From a virus (lineage: Duplodnaviria > Caudoviricetes), in the IMG/VR virus record IMGVR_UViG_3300027805_000064, positions 1-28,673 of that record: a stretch of DNA of 28,673 bases; one strand, written 5' to 3'. The position numbers and the translations under genes are program-made. Shown in pieces: positions 1 to 7,897 of the stretch. Each line of letters begins with the position of its first letter. The first letter of the stretch is position 1. The notes beneath the pieces are model-generated. The model had not been told where the DNA came from and did not search any database. It saw only the letters and a list, made by a program, of their open reading frames with translations.

Positions 1-7
1 TCCACCA

Positions 8-63
8 AAAAAGTGGAAATCAGCTTTCGCCTCACTCCCGCCGAAAAAGTGAAATTAGACTTT
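8..63. repeat. Two imperfect ~20-bp direct repeats (AAAAAGTGGAAATCAGCTTT at 8-27; AAAAAGTGAAATTAGACTTT at 44-63)
   Basis: Read directly from the sequence; non-coding region upstream of terS. Confidence 0.5.
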
Positions 64-84
64 TGATGCTTGTGGTAGTCGCAA

Positions 85-297
85 TAGACAGGAACCCGAG
101 AGTCGGGTGATCCTTTTGAAAGGGAGCCTCTCGTTTATCTAGACTATGCCTGATGGCACCTGAGTCGCTTGCCCTGTTCACCTGATCTGCGGCGTCATCC
201 GACGTTGGCAGAGGGCTACTTGAAACTCACCCAGTTCGTCACGTTTATCCTACTTGGTCGGCTCAACCGCATAGAGGGCTGGGTTATGGCCCCGTGT
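85..297 (-). ncRNA. Candidate structured non-coding RNA, family unknown
   Basis: No ORF of 60 aa or more. Multiple nested helices: GGGGCC/GGCUCC, ACCCAG/CUGGGU, GCCCU/AGGGC, UCUGC/GCAGA, CGUC/GACG, GACU/AGUC, GUGCC/GGCAU, ACCCGA/UCGGGU. Extended -10 upstream and a terminator-like last hairpin. Confidence 0.55.
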
Positions 298-303
298 GAT
301 TGC

Positions 304-333
304 ACTTTATCATGGTTTACACTGATTGCGTAA
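304..333 (-). promoter_or_regulatory. Putative sigma70-type promoter for the candidate ncRNA
   Basis: Minus strand TTACGC (333-328), 18-nt spacer, TG-A-TAAAGT extended -10 (312-304). Confidence 0.4.
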
Positions 334-353
334 GTGCTAGTTCCCTATACAAT
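326..353 (+). promoter_or_regulatory. Putative sigma70-type promoter for terS, probably giving a leaderless mRNA
   Basis: TTGCGT (326-331), 16-nt spacer, TACAAT (348-353); ATG at 359 is only 5 nt downstream. Confidence 0.45.
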
Positions 354-358
354 GAGGT

Positions 359-661
359 ATGACCTATAAAGCGCCTGCTGTGTTGCCAAAGACTGAGTAC
401 CAGCGTCTTAAAGAGCTTAAGAAGATGCTGGTTGAGTCTCGCGGTGAGGCTGTCGTCAAGAAGGTTCTGGACATCGCAATGAACGATGACCACCCTCAAC
501 AGATGGCCGCTTTGAAGATGTGCATGGAAAGAGCATTGCCTGTCAGCTTGTTTGAAAAGACCAGTGCCCAGCGCAGTGCTGTCAACATCACCATCTCTGG
601 CATTGGTGTGTCTGTTAGCGATACTGTTGATATCCAGGACGTAGAACCAAAAGATGAGTGA
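359..661 (+). CDS. terS: Putative terminase small subunit
   Basis: 100-aa helical protein immediately upstream of and overlapping terL; assigned by synteny. Confidence 0.65.
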   Translation: MTYKAPAVLPKTEYQRLKELKKMLVESRGEAVVKKVLDIAMNDDHPQQMAALKMCMERALPVSLFEKTSAQRSAVNITISGIGVSVSDTVDIQDVEPKDE

Positions 662-1910
662 TCTGAACTTCTCTCTCCTACCTTGGCAGCAAGAGGTCTA
701 CGCAGACCCTACCCGGTTCAAAGTCATTGCTGCTGGCCGTAGGTGTGGGAAGAGCCGTCTTGCAGCCACCATGCTGATCATCGAGGGACTGCGCTGCCCT
801 CCTGGTTCAGCAGTGCTCTACGTCAGTCCTACTATGGGACAGTCTCGCCAGATCGTCTGGGATCTTCTGCTCGATCTTGGCAGAGAGATCATTCAGACCT
901 CCAACGTCAACAATCTAGACATCACACTGATCAACGGGGCCAGGATCTATGTCCGTGGTGCTGATCGACCTGATACCCTGCGCGGTGTGTCTCTGACCTT
1001 TGCTGTGCTGGACGAGGTTGCTGACATCAAGCCACAAGCATGGGAGCAGGTCATCCGAGCCTCTCTGTCCGACAAGAAAGGCAAAGCCATCTTCATTGGC
1101 ACTCCTAAAGGCAGGAACTGGTTTCACGACCTGTGGAAGCTGGGCCAAGAAGAGCAAGACAAGGACTGGAAGTCTTGGCACTTCACGACCAAAGACAACC
1201 CTCTGATCGACCCTGATGAGATCGAGTCTGCCAAGAAAACACTGTCCAGCTTTGCTTTCAAGCAAGAATACTTGGCGTCATTCTCAAATGCCGGGTCGGA
1301 TGTGTTTAAGGAAGAATGGATCAAGTACGGTGAAGAGCCTCAATACGGCTCCTACTTCATCGCTGTTGACTTGGCTGGTTTTGAGGAGGTTGCTAAACAG
1401 GCAGCTAATTCAAAGAAACGGCTCGACGAGTCAGCTATTGCTGTTGTCAAGGTCACTGATGATGGCAAGTGGTTCGTCAAAGAGATCATTCATGGGCGCT
1501 GGGACATCCGTGAAACGGCTACAAAGATTTTGATTGCCATGCGGGACTATCGGCCCACGAGCGTGGGGATTGAGCGGGGGGCACTGAAGAACGCTGTGCT
1601 GCCGTATTTGAGCGATTTAATGAGGAAGAACAACGTGTATTCACACATTGTTGACTTGACTCATGGGAACCGCAAGAAAACGGATAGAATCGTGTGGGCG
1701 TTGCAAGGCCGCTTTGAACACGGCAGAATTGTGCTCAATCAGGAAGAAGACTGGGACACTTTTGTAGACCAGCTTCTCATGTTCCCGGCTAGTGGGGTAC
1801 ATGATGACCTCCCTGACGCACTCAGTTACATCGATCAGATGGCAATAACGAGCTACTTCGAACAAGAAGAAAGCGACTGGGAGCCAATAGACGTTATAGC
1901 AGGGGTGTGA
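654..1910 (+). CDS. terL: Terminase large subunit
   Basis: Walker A AAGRRCGKS, Walker B FAVLDE, GTP coupling motif, RNase H-like nuclease motifs AVDLA and HDDLPDA. Confidence 0.97.
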   Translation: MSDLNFSLLPWQQEVYADPTRFKVIAAGRRCGKSRLAATMLIIEGLRCPPGSAVLYVSPTMGQSRQIVWDLLLDLGREIIQTSNVNNLDITLINGARIYVRGADRPDTLRGVSLTFAVLDEVADIKPQAWEQVIRASLSDKKGKAIFIGTPKGRNWFHDLWKLGQEEQDKDWKSWHFTTKDNPLIDPDEIESAKKTLSSFAFKQEYLASFSNAGSDVFKEEWIKYGEEPQYGSYFIAVDLAGFEEVAKQAANSKKRLDESAIAVVKVTDDGKWFVKEIIHGRWDIRETATKILIAMRDYRPTSVGIERGALKNAVLPYLSDLMRKNNVYSHIVDLTHGNRKKTDRIVWALQGRFEHGRIVLNQEEDWDTFVDQLLMFPASGVHDDLPDALSYIDQMAITSYFEQEESDWEPIDVIAGV

Positions 1911-1911
1911 T

Positions 1912-3942
1912 ATGGAGCAAAACGAGTTCTACGAGCCAACACAAAACGATAAAGAGCTGACGGCTTTCATCGTAGACCATTGTGATCGGTGGCGCACCTA
2001 TCGGGATACCAATTTTCTCGACTCATACCTTGAGTACGAGCGCATTTTCCGTGGTCAATGGGCACCAGAGGACAAGGTTCGTGACTCTGAACGCTCCCGA
2101 ATCGTCACTCCAGCCACCCAACAGGCCGTAGAAACCCGCCATGCAGAGATCATGGAGGCAATCTTCGGTCAAGGCGAGTTCTTTGACATCCAAGATGACC
2201 TCAAAGACGTAAACGGCAATCCATTGGACGTTTCTATCCTCAAAGCGCAGCTTATGGAGGATTTCAAACAGGACAAGATCCGCAAATCCATTGACCAGAT
2301 CGAGCTGATGGCAGAGATCTACGGCACCGGCATTGGCGAAATCGTCGTCAAGACCGATAAGATCTTTGAGCCAGCTACTCAGCCCATTCCCGGACAACCA
2401 GGACAGGCGGCAATCGGTGTTGTAGAGAAGAATCGGGTAGCAATCAAGCTCAATCCCGTCAATCCCAAGAACTTCCTGTTCGACCCCAATGGCACCACCA
2501 TTGATGACTGTATGGGAGTTGCCATCGAGAAGTATGTCTCCATCCACAAGGTCGTGGAAGGCATCGAAAAAGGCATCTATCGCAAGGTCAACATCACTCC
2601 GACCTACGAAGACACGGATCTGGAGCCTACTCAGGAACTAAGCCAGTTCCAAGACGAGAAGGTCGTTCTGCTGACCTACTACGGACTGGTTCCAAAAGAG
2701 TATCTGACGGACAGCGAAGATGAAACAGTCGATCTGTTTCCTGATGACTCTGTTGCTGAAGAGTACACCAACATGGTTGAGGCAATCGTCGTGATTGCCA
2801 ATGGTTCTCTTCTCCTGAAGGCAGAAGAAAACCCGTACATGATGAAGGATCGCCCTGTCATCTCCTACCAAGATGATACGGTACCTAACCGCTTGCTGGG
2901 CCGTGGGACTGTTGAGAAGTCCTACAACATGCAGAAGGCTATCGATGCTCAGGTGCGTAGCCATCTGGACTCTCTGGCCCTGACAACGGCTCCTATGATG
3001 GGCTTGGATGCCACTAGGCTACCCCGGGGGGCTAAGTTTGAGGTCAAACCTGGGAAAGCCTTCTTGGTTAACGGCAATCCTGGCGAGATCATGTACCCGT
3101 TTAAGTTCGGGCAGAACAGTCCCGAGAACTTAGCAACGGCAAAAGAATTTGAGCGTATGTTGCTTCAGGCCACCGGCACTATTGACGGTCAAGGCATGGT
3201 TAGCGCCACCAACCGCGATGGGGCGGGGATGTCCGTGGCTGTGGCTACGATCATCAAGAAGTACAAGCGCACACTGGTCAACTTCCAAGAAGACTTCCTG
3301 ATTCCATTCATACAGAAGGCGTCTTTCAGGTTCATGCAGTTTGACCCTGAGCGCTATCCCTCTGTTGACATGCGGTTCATCCCGACTGCTACGCTTGGAA
3401 TCATTGCTCGTGAGTACGAGCAGCAGCAGTTCATCGGCTTGTTGCAGACTCTTGGGCCAAACACGCCTGTGCTGCCGCTGATCTTGAAGGGCATTTTGAA
3501 CAACTCTAGCCTATCCAACAGGTATGAGCTGATCAGTGCTTTGGATCAAATGTCTCAACCTGATCCGCAGACGCAGCAGATCGAGCTTGCCAAGCAACAA
3601 CTGGCTCTGCAAGCAGCTCAGGCTCAGATTGCTGTCAACACGACGCAAGCAGAGCAGAACAGGGCAGAGGCTGCTAAGTTGATGACTGAGGCACAGCTTA
3701 TGCCGCAGGAAGTTCAGGCAAAGGTCATTGCTTCGACTACCAAGAACTTGCCGCAAGGACAAGAGTCTAGTGAGTTTGACAAGAGGGTCAAGATTGCCGA
3801 GTTGATGCTCAAAGAAGCCGACATTAAGAACAAGACGAAGATCGTAGAGCTTCAGATGAACACGGCCAAGAACAACGTGGTCGATCTGGAAAACGACTTT
3901 CTTGAACAGCTAAACACGGAGTTGACAAATGGAAATCGATAA
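1912..3942 (+). CDS. Portal (head-tail connector) protein
   Basis: 676 aa directly after terL; long Gln/Ala-rich C-terminal coiled coil as in P22-like podovirus portals. Confidence 0.88.
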   Translation: MEQNEFYEPTQNDKELTAFIVDHCDRWRTYRDTNFLDSYLEYERIFRGQWAPEDKVRDSERSRIVTPATQQAVETRHAEIMEAIFGQGEFFDIQDDLKDVNGNPLDVSILKAQLMEDFKQDKIRKSIDQIELMAEIYGTGIGEIVVKTDKIFEPATQPIPGQPGQAAIGVVEKNRVAIKLNPVNPKNFLFDPNGTTIDDCMGVAIEKYVSIHKVVEGIEKGIYRKVNITPTYEDTDLEPTQELSQFQDEKVVLLTYYGLVPKEYLTDSEDETVDLFPDDSVAEEYTNMVEAIVVIANGSLLLKAEENPYMMKDRPVISYQDDTVPNRLLGRGTVEKSYNMQKAIDAQVRSHLDSLALTTAPMMGLDATRLPRGAKFEVKPGKAFLVNGNPGEIMYPFKFGQNSPENLATAKEFERMLLQATGTIDGQGMVSATNRDGAGMSVAVATIIKKYKRTLVNFQEDFLIPFIQKASFRFMQFDPERYPSVDMRFIPTATLGIIAREYEQQQFIGLLQTLGPNTPVLPLILKGILNNSSLSNRYELISALDQMSQPDPQTQQIELAKQQLALQAAQAQIAVNTTQAEQNRAEAAKLMTEAQLMPQEVQAKVIASTTKNLPQGQESSEFDKRVKIAELMLKEADIKNKTKIVELQMNTAKNNVVDLENDFLEQLNTELTNGNR

Positions 3943-4729
3943 GGTGTTTAATAATGACGTTGATGGTGTTGCTGACAATCTGTTCAGCGCCGTCAAAAAC
4001 TCCGTGTCTGAGATTAAGGCTATGCAGCAGCGCAAAGCTGCTGAGAACGTCCAGTTGGTCATTCAGGCTCTCAAGAAGATTGAGTCTGATCTGCAAGACA
4101 AGTTTGATGGTGTAACAACCGTCATTGAAAAGCGTGTCTCAACGATCAAAGATGGCCGTGATGGCGTTGATGGCCGCAATGGTCGTGATGGCAAAGATGG
4201 TCGTCCTGGTCGAGATGGCACTCCTGGTGCTCGTGGCCCTGCTGGTGTTCCCGGTACGAATGGCCGTGATGGTGAAGACGGAGTGTCTGTCACTGATGCC
4301 AAGATTGACTTTGATGGTAGTCTGATCATCAGCCTGTCGTCTGGCCGTGAGATCAATGTTGGCGAGGTTGTCGCTCCTGATCTGGCAGACAAGATCAAGG
4401 TCATTACGAATGGTGGCGGCACAAGCCAAGATGTACTGGATGCAATCACCAGCTTGGAGAACGATGTTGCGACATTGCAAGCCGAAGTGGCAGCCTTGGA
4501 AGCAGCCGCGTTTGATGTTGGCTCAGACGCCAACGAACTCCCGCTGAACCAATACCTTGGCGAGATGGCCTACATGAATGCCGAGGCGGTTGTCATTCAG
4601 CCGCAGGCATCCGTAGTCCCCAACGGCGCGGGGGATATGGTGTTTCAGTTGACCTCTAACACCTCGTTGGAGATCAAAGTCAAAGGTTCTGATGGCACCG
4701 TTCGCTCGGTAGCCTTGACCCTCACTTAA
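3929..4729 (+). CDS. Collagen-like virion protein
   Basis: About 14 contiguous Gly-X-Y triplets (GRDGVDGRNGRDGKD...GED) flanked by coiled-coil segments. Confidence 0.8.
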   Translation: MEIDKVFNNDVDGVADNLFSAVKNSVSEIKAMQQRKAAENVQLVIQALKKIESDLQDKFDGVTTVIEKRVSTIKDGRDGVDGRNGRDGKDGRPGRDGTPGARGPAGVPGTNGRDGEDGVSVTDAKIDFDGSLIISLSSGREINVGEVVAPDLADKIKVITNGGGTSQDVLDAITSLENDVATLQAEVAALEAAAFDVGSDANELPLNQYLGEMAYMNAEAVVIQPQASVVPNGAGDMVFQLTSNTSLEIKVKGSDGTVRSVALTLT

Positions 4730-4741
4730 GGACATACCAGC

Positions 4742-6007
4742 ATGAGCTCTTCAGACGGCTACCCAGCAACAAAACCGACGCTGCTGCTTGACTTTGCAAA
4801 CACCAAGGTCTTAGACCCGCGAGTGACATTCACTAGGGCCAGCACGGGCACCTATTTCGATGAGTTTGGGCTGATAAAGAGTGCTATCTCAGGCACGCCT
4901 CGTTTTACCCACGCCCCACTTACTGGGAAGTCCTTGGGCCTGTTGGTTGAGGAGCAGCGTACGAACTTGCTGACTTACTCGGAGGAGTTTGACAATGCTG
5001 CTTGGACAAAATCTTTCACCACCATCACAGCAAACGCTATTGTGTCGCCTGAAGGGACAATGGACGCTGACAAGATGGTTGACGATACCAACACAGGCAG
5101 CCACACGGTCAGCAACGCGACATCCGTAACAATCACCAGCGAGACCACGCTCACCGCGTCTGTGTTTGCAAAATCTGCCGAAGGCACTTATGTCATTGTT
5201 GGTATAGGCGATGGATCCGGCACCAACATCTCTCGCAGCACATTCAATCTTTCGACTGGTGCAATTACTAGCTCAACGACTGCGACCGCTAACGTATCCG
5301 CGCCGATTCCTGTTATCACATCTGTCGGCAATGGCTGGTACAGATGCTCTGTTACCGCAACCGTAACGGGCGTTACCACGGCTCAAGAGTGGATCTATAA
5401 AGGCTCAAACGCTAGTGGCGCTGCCACTTACACAGGCGATGGCACTTCAGGCATCTACATTTGGGGCGCTCAACTTGGAGCTGGCGCTTTCCCCACATCC
5501 TACATCCCCACCACTACGGCGCAGGTCACCCGTGCGGCTGATGTAGCGGTGATGACCGGCACGAACTTCTCTAGCTGGTTTAACGCGCTTGAGGGCACCT
5601 TCTACGCCGAAATAATCCCGATGACTGCCGACTACTCGTCAAACAAGAACATATTTTTAGCCTCTGACAACACCGCATCCAACTCACTTGGGCTTCGTTA
5701 CACTTCTTCAGGGACGCAGGCCAGTATGGGGTCAACAGTATCAGCTGTGCTTCAAGCAAACGTAGTGACAGGCACCTTAGTTGCTGGGACGACCTACAGG
5801 GTTGCTGGCTCTTATAAAGTTAACGACTTCAAAGGCGTGAGGGACGGTGGTTCAGTTGGCACAGACACAACCGGAACTGTCCCCACGGTCACGCGGGCTG
5901 AGATTGGTTGCCTGGCTGGTATTAATATTGGATCGCAAACACTCAGCAAGCTGGCCTACTACCCGCTATCGGTGACTTCCACGCAACTTCAAGGGCTGAC
6001 ACTATGA
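4742..6007 (+). CDS. Fibre/head-spike protein, copy 1 (beta-rich, carbohydrate-binding/LamG-like domains)
   Basis: Thr/Ser/Gly-rich; motifs TFTRAS, GLLVEEQRTNLL, WGAQL..G.F.TSYIPT typical of phage spike/fibre proteins; paralog of 10717-12174. Confidence 0.75.
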   Translation: MSSSDGYPATKPTLLLDFANTKVLDPRVTFTRASTGTYFDEFGLIKSAISGTPRFTHAPLTGKSLGLLVEEQRTNLLTYSEEFDNAAWTKSFTTITANAIVSPEGTMDADKMVDDTNTGSHTVSNATSVTITSETTLTASVFAKSAEGTYVIVGIGDGSGTNISRSTFNLSTGAITSSTTATANVSAPIPVITSVGNGWYRCSVTATVTGVTTAQEWIYKGSNASGAATYTGDGTSGIYIWGAQLGAGAFPTSYIPTTTAQVTRAADVAVMTGTNFSSWFNALEGTFYAEIIPMTADYSSNKNIFLASDNTASNSLGLRYTSSGTQASMGSTVSAVLQANVVTGTLVAGTTYRVAGSYKVNDFKGVRDGGSVGTDTTGTVPTVTRAEIGCLAGINIGSQTLSKLAYYPLSVTSTQLQGLTL

Positions 6008-6264
6008 CCGATCTGTTTTTGAAATTCCCTGATGAGTCCACGGCTATGGCGGTGCTGTTTACGGCTGACGCTCGGCCCAAGTTTGCAAACATCGACATCA
6101 TCGGGACGATCTATAAGCCCACGGGCGAAACAGATGCTGAAGGCAACTCGGTGGTAGCCGCCTTGGACGGATGGCACGCCAATGTCCGAGTGGTTAACGA
6201 AGATGCAACATCAATCAATCAGTATTCGGTAACTCCAACATCCCCCGTGCGTGTGTGGGCCTGA
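6004..6264 (+). CDS. Small fibre-associated protein, copy 1
   Basis: ATGA-coupled to the fibre gene; motifs ID.IG.IY, GWH.NVR, P.RVWA; paralog of 12171-12404. Confidence 0.75.
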   Translation: MTDLFLKFPDESTAMAVLFTADARPKFANIDIIGTIYKPTGETDAEGNSVVAALDGWHANVRVVNEDATSINQYSVTPTSPVRVWA

Positions 6265-6266
6265 TC

Positions 6267-6473
6267 ATGGAAGCTGAAATCGATCCGGTGAAGTATGGTG
6301 TCTTGTGGGAGCGCGTCCAGACGATGGACAAGAAGATCGACAAGATGGAGCGCCAACTTGAGGAACTCGTTGCCTTAGCTAACAAGGGCAAAGGCGGATT
6401 CTGGATGGGGATGACCATTGCTAGTTCTGTTGGTGCTGCAGTGGCGTGGGTTGTTGGGCACTTCAAGGGGTAA
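6267..6473 (+). CDS. Small coiled-coil protein with C-terminal TM helix (XhlA/holin-like architecture)
   Basis: ATG at 6267; heptad-like segment followed by hydrophobic GGFWMGMTIASSVGAAVAWVVG. Confidence 0.65.
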   Translation: MEAEIDPVKYGVLWERVQTMDKKIDKMERQLEELVALANKGKGGFWMGMTIASSVGAAVAWVVGHFKG

Positions 6474-6477
6474 TGAA

Positions 6478-6951
6478 GTGATTGATCCAGTAACCGCTCT
6501 TGCTGCCATTTCGTCGGCAGTACAACTTGTCAAGAAAGTCTCTAAGACCGTTGACGATGTGGCCTCGCTTGGCCCGGTGCTGGGTAAGTACTTCGACGCC
6601 AAGGAGCAGGCCATTGAGGTTGTGAAGCAGGCCAAGTCTGGCGGCTTCAAAGGATCTTCACTAGGCAAGGCGCTTGAGCTTGAGATGGCGCTGGAGCAGG
6701 CTAGAGAGTTCGAGGAGCAGGTCAAAATGCTCTTCTTTCAGAGCAACAAAATGGATGTCTGGATGCGGATCACTGCCCGCGCAAAGCAAATGGAGATCGA
6801 CGCAGCTCACGATGCGCGGCGCAAGAAGGAGGCAGCGAAGAGGCGCGAGGCCGAGATCGAGGAGGTCATCATCCTTCTGATCGGCCTTGCTGTTGGTGGC
6901 GCTGCAATCGCTGTGACGATCTGGGCTGTGATTAACGGGTTCAACTGGTAA
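6478..6951 (+). CDS. Hypothetical membrane-anchored protein
   Basis: Likely GTG start at 6478 (MIDPVTALAA...); charged helix and C-terminal TM segment. Confidence 0.7.
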   Translation: MIDPVTALAAISSAVQLVKKVSKTVDDVASLGPVLGKYFDAKEQAIEVVKQAKSGGFKGSSLGKALELEMALEQAREFEEQVKMLFFQSNKMDVWMRITARAKQMEIDAAHDARRKKEAAKRREAEIEEVIILLIGLAVGGAAIAVTIWAVINGFNW

Positions 6952-7403
6952 TGACTCGCTCTGAACTTGAAATCATCATCAAGCAACGCGCCGCCATCAC
7001 GGTGACGATCTTTGCTGCACTTCTGGCTATCAACACCATGATTGGCAACAGCAACTCCAGCAAGGTTCTTACGAACACGATTGCTGCCAATAACATGTGG
7101 GCGTGGTATCAGGCAAAGAATGTCAGATCTATTGTTTATGAGGTTGCCAACAGAGAAGAAGATGCACAGCGTATGCGTAAGGACATGGAAGAGATCATGG
7201 CTAAGGCTAAGAGCCTAGAATCAGACCGTGATCGCGCTAAAGAGCGCAGCCCCTTTTACACATACGCTGGCGCTGCTCTACAGATTGGGATCGTCTTGTC
7301 TACAGCGGCCATTCTTGCCGTTGCTATGCCTCTATTCTGGGGTAGCGTGGGCACAGGACTATTTGGAGCAGCAATGATGTATTGGGGTTTTTATGTCGCC
7401 TGA
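6951..7403 (+). CDS. DUF4337-like membrane protein
   Basis: N-terminal TM, W..YQAKN motif, two C-terminal TM segments; family recognised from motif. Confidence 0.65.
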   Translation: MTRSELEIIIKQRAAITVTIFAALLAINTMIGNSNSSKVLTNTIAANNMWAWYQAKNVRSIVYEVANREEDAQRMRKDMEEIMAKAKSLESDRDRAKERSPFYTYAGAALQIGIVLSTAAILAVAMPLFWGSVGTGLFGAAMMYWGFYVA

Positions 7404-7635
7404 TCTGCAAAAGTACTACGAGAGCCGTTTTGACATGTTTTCCAGCGAAGGCTGGGTAGACCTGATGGTTGACGTTGACAACATGTTCACCAGCCTGAAT
7501 AATGTTTCTACAATCTCTGATGAGAAACAACTACAATTCAGAAAAGGTGAGCTTTCTATCCTTACGTGGCTGAAAACCTTAAAAAAGGTCAGCGAAGACG
7601 CATACGAGGATCTGAGCAATGAAACGGATGTATGA
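7393..7635 (+). CDS. Hypothetical phage protein
   Basis: 80-aa ORF overlapping both neighbours within the head operon. Confidence 0.75.
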   Translation: MSPDLQKYYESRFDMFSSEGWVDLMVDVDNMFTSLNNVSTISDEKQLQFRKGELSILTWLKTLKKVSEDAYEDLSNETDV

Positions 7636-7846
7636 ATTTGTCTGCTTTTGTGGACAGCGCACTGAGAAGTTGGTTGGTTATGAGACAACTGACGTTCAGT
7701 GTGGATGCGGTGGCACAGCCAGCCGCGTCATAAGCGCTCCTAAGTTTAACTTAGAGGGGTGGTCTGGTCACTTTCCGTCTGCACATGGACGGTTTGAACA
7801 CAGGCACATCGAGAAGTTAAATGCAGAGCGCAAAGCCAACTCATAA
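7619..7846 (+). CDS. FmdB-like zinc-ribbon protein
   Basis: YEFxCxCG ... CxCGG ... RVISAP pattern. Confidence 0.7.
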   Translation: MKRMYEFVCFCGQRTEKLVGYETTDVQCGCGGTASRVISAPKFNLEGWSGHFPSAHGRFEHRHIEKLNAERKANS

Positions 7847-7856
7847 GCCTCTGGTA

Positions 7857-7891
7857 GCCGAGTTGAATCTCCTACAACCTTTTTGGCAGGA
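7857..7891 (+). promoter_or_regulatory. Putative RNA pseudoknot/translational operator over the scaffold RBS
   Basis: GCCGA/UUGGC and GUUG/CAAC stems; loop UCCU (7870-7873) is complementary to AGGA (7888-7891). Confidence 0.45.
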
Positions 7892-7897
7892 AAAATC

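Noticed and set aside
1-7. TCCACCA at the window start resembling a tRNA/tmRNA 3' end
   Set aside because: Only 7 nt are visible and they also form a local inverted repeat with GTGGA; cannot be supported without the upstream flank.
139-170. GACU...AUAGUCUA resembling the group I intron P7 (R/S) elements
   Set aside because: Too little sequence between the strands for P3/P8/J8-7, and no interrupted gene flanks it.
4154-4282. Periodic GATGG repeats as a possible CRISPR-like array
   Set aside because: Fully explained by collagen Gly-X-Y codons; no repeat-spacer architecture seen here or elsewhere in the window.
4727-4744. Collagen gene and fibre copy 1 are in the same frame (possible stop read-through fusion)
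   Set aside because: One-in-three chance; the stop is TAA and an AAGGA RBS precedes the downstream ATG.
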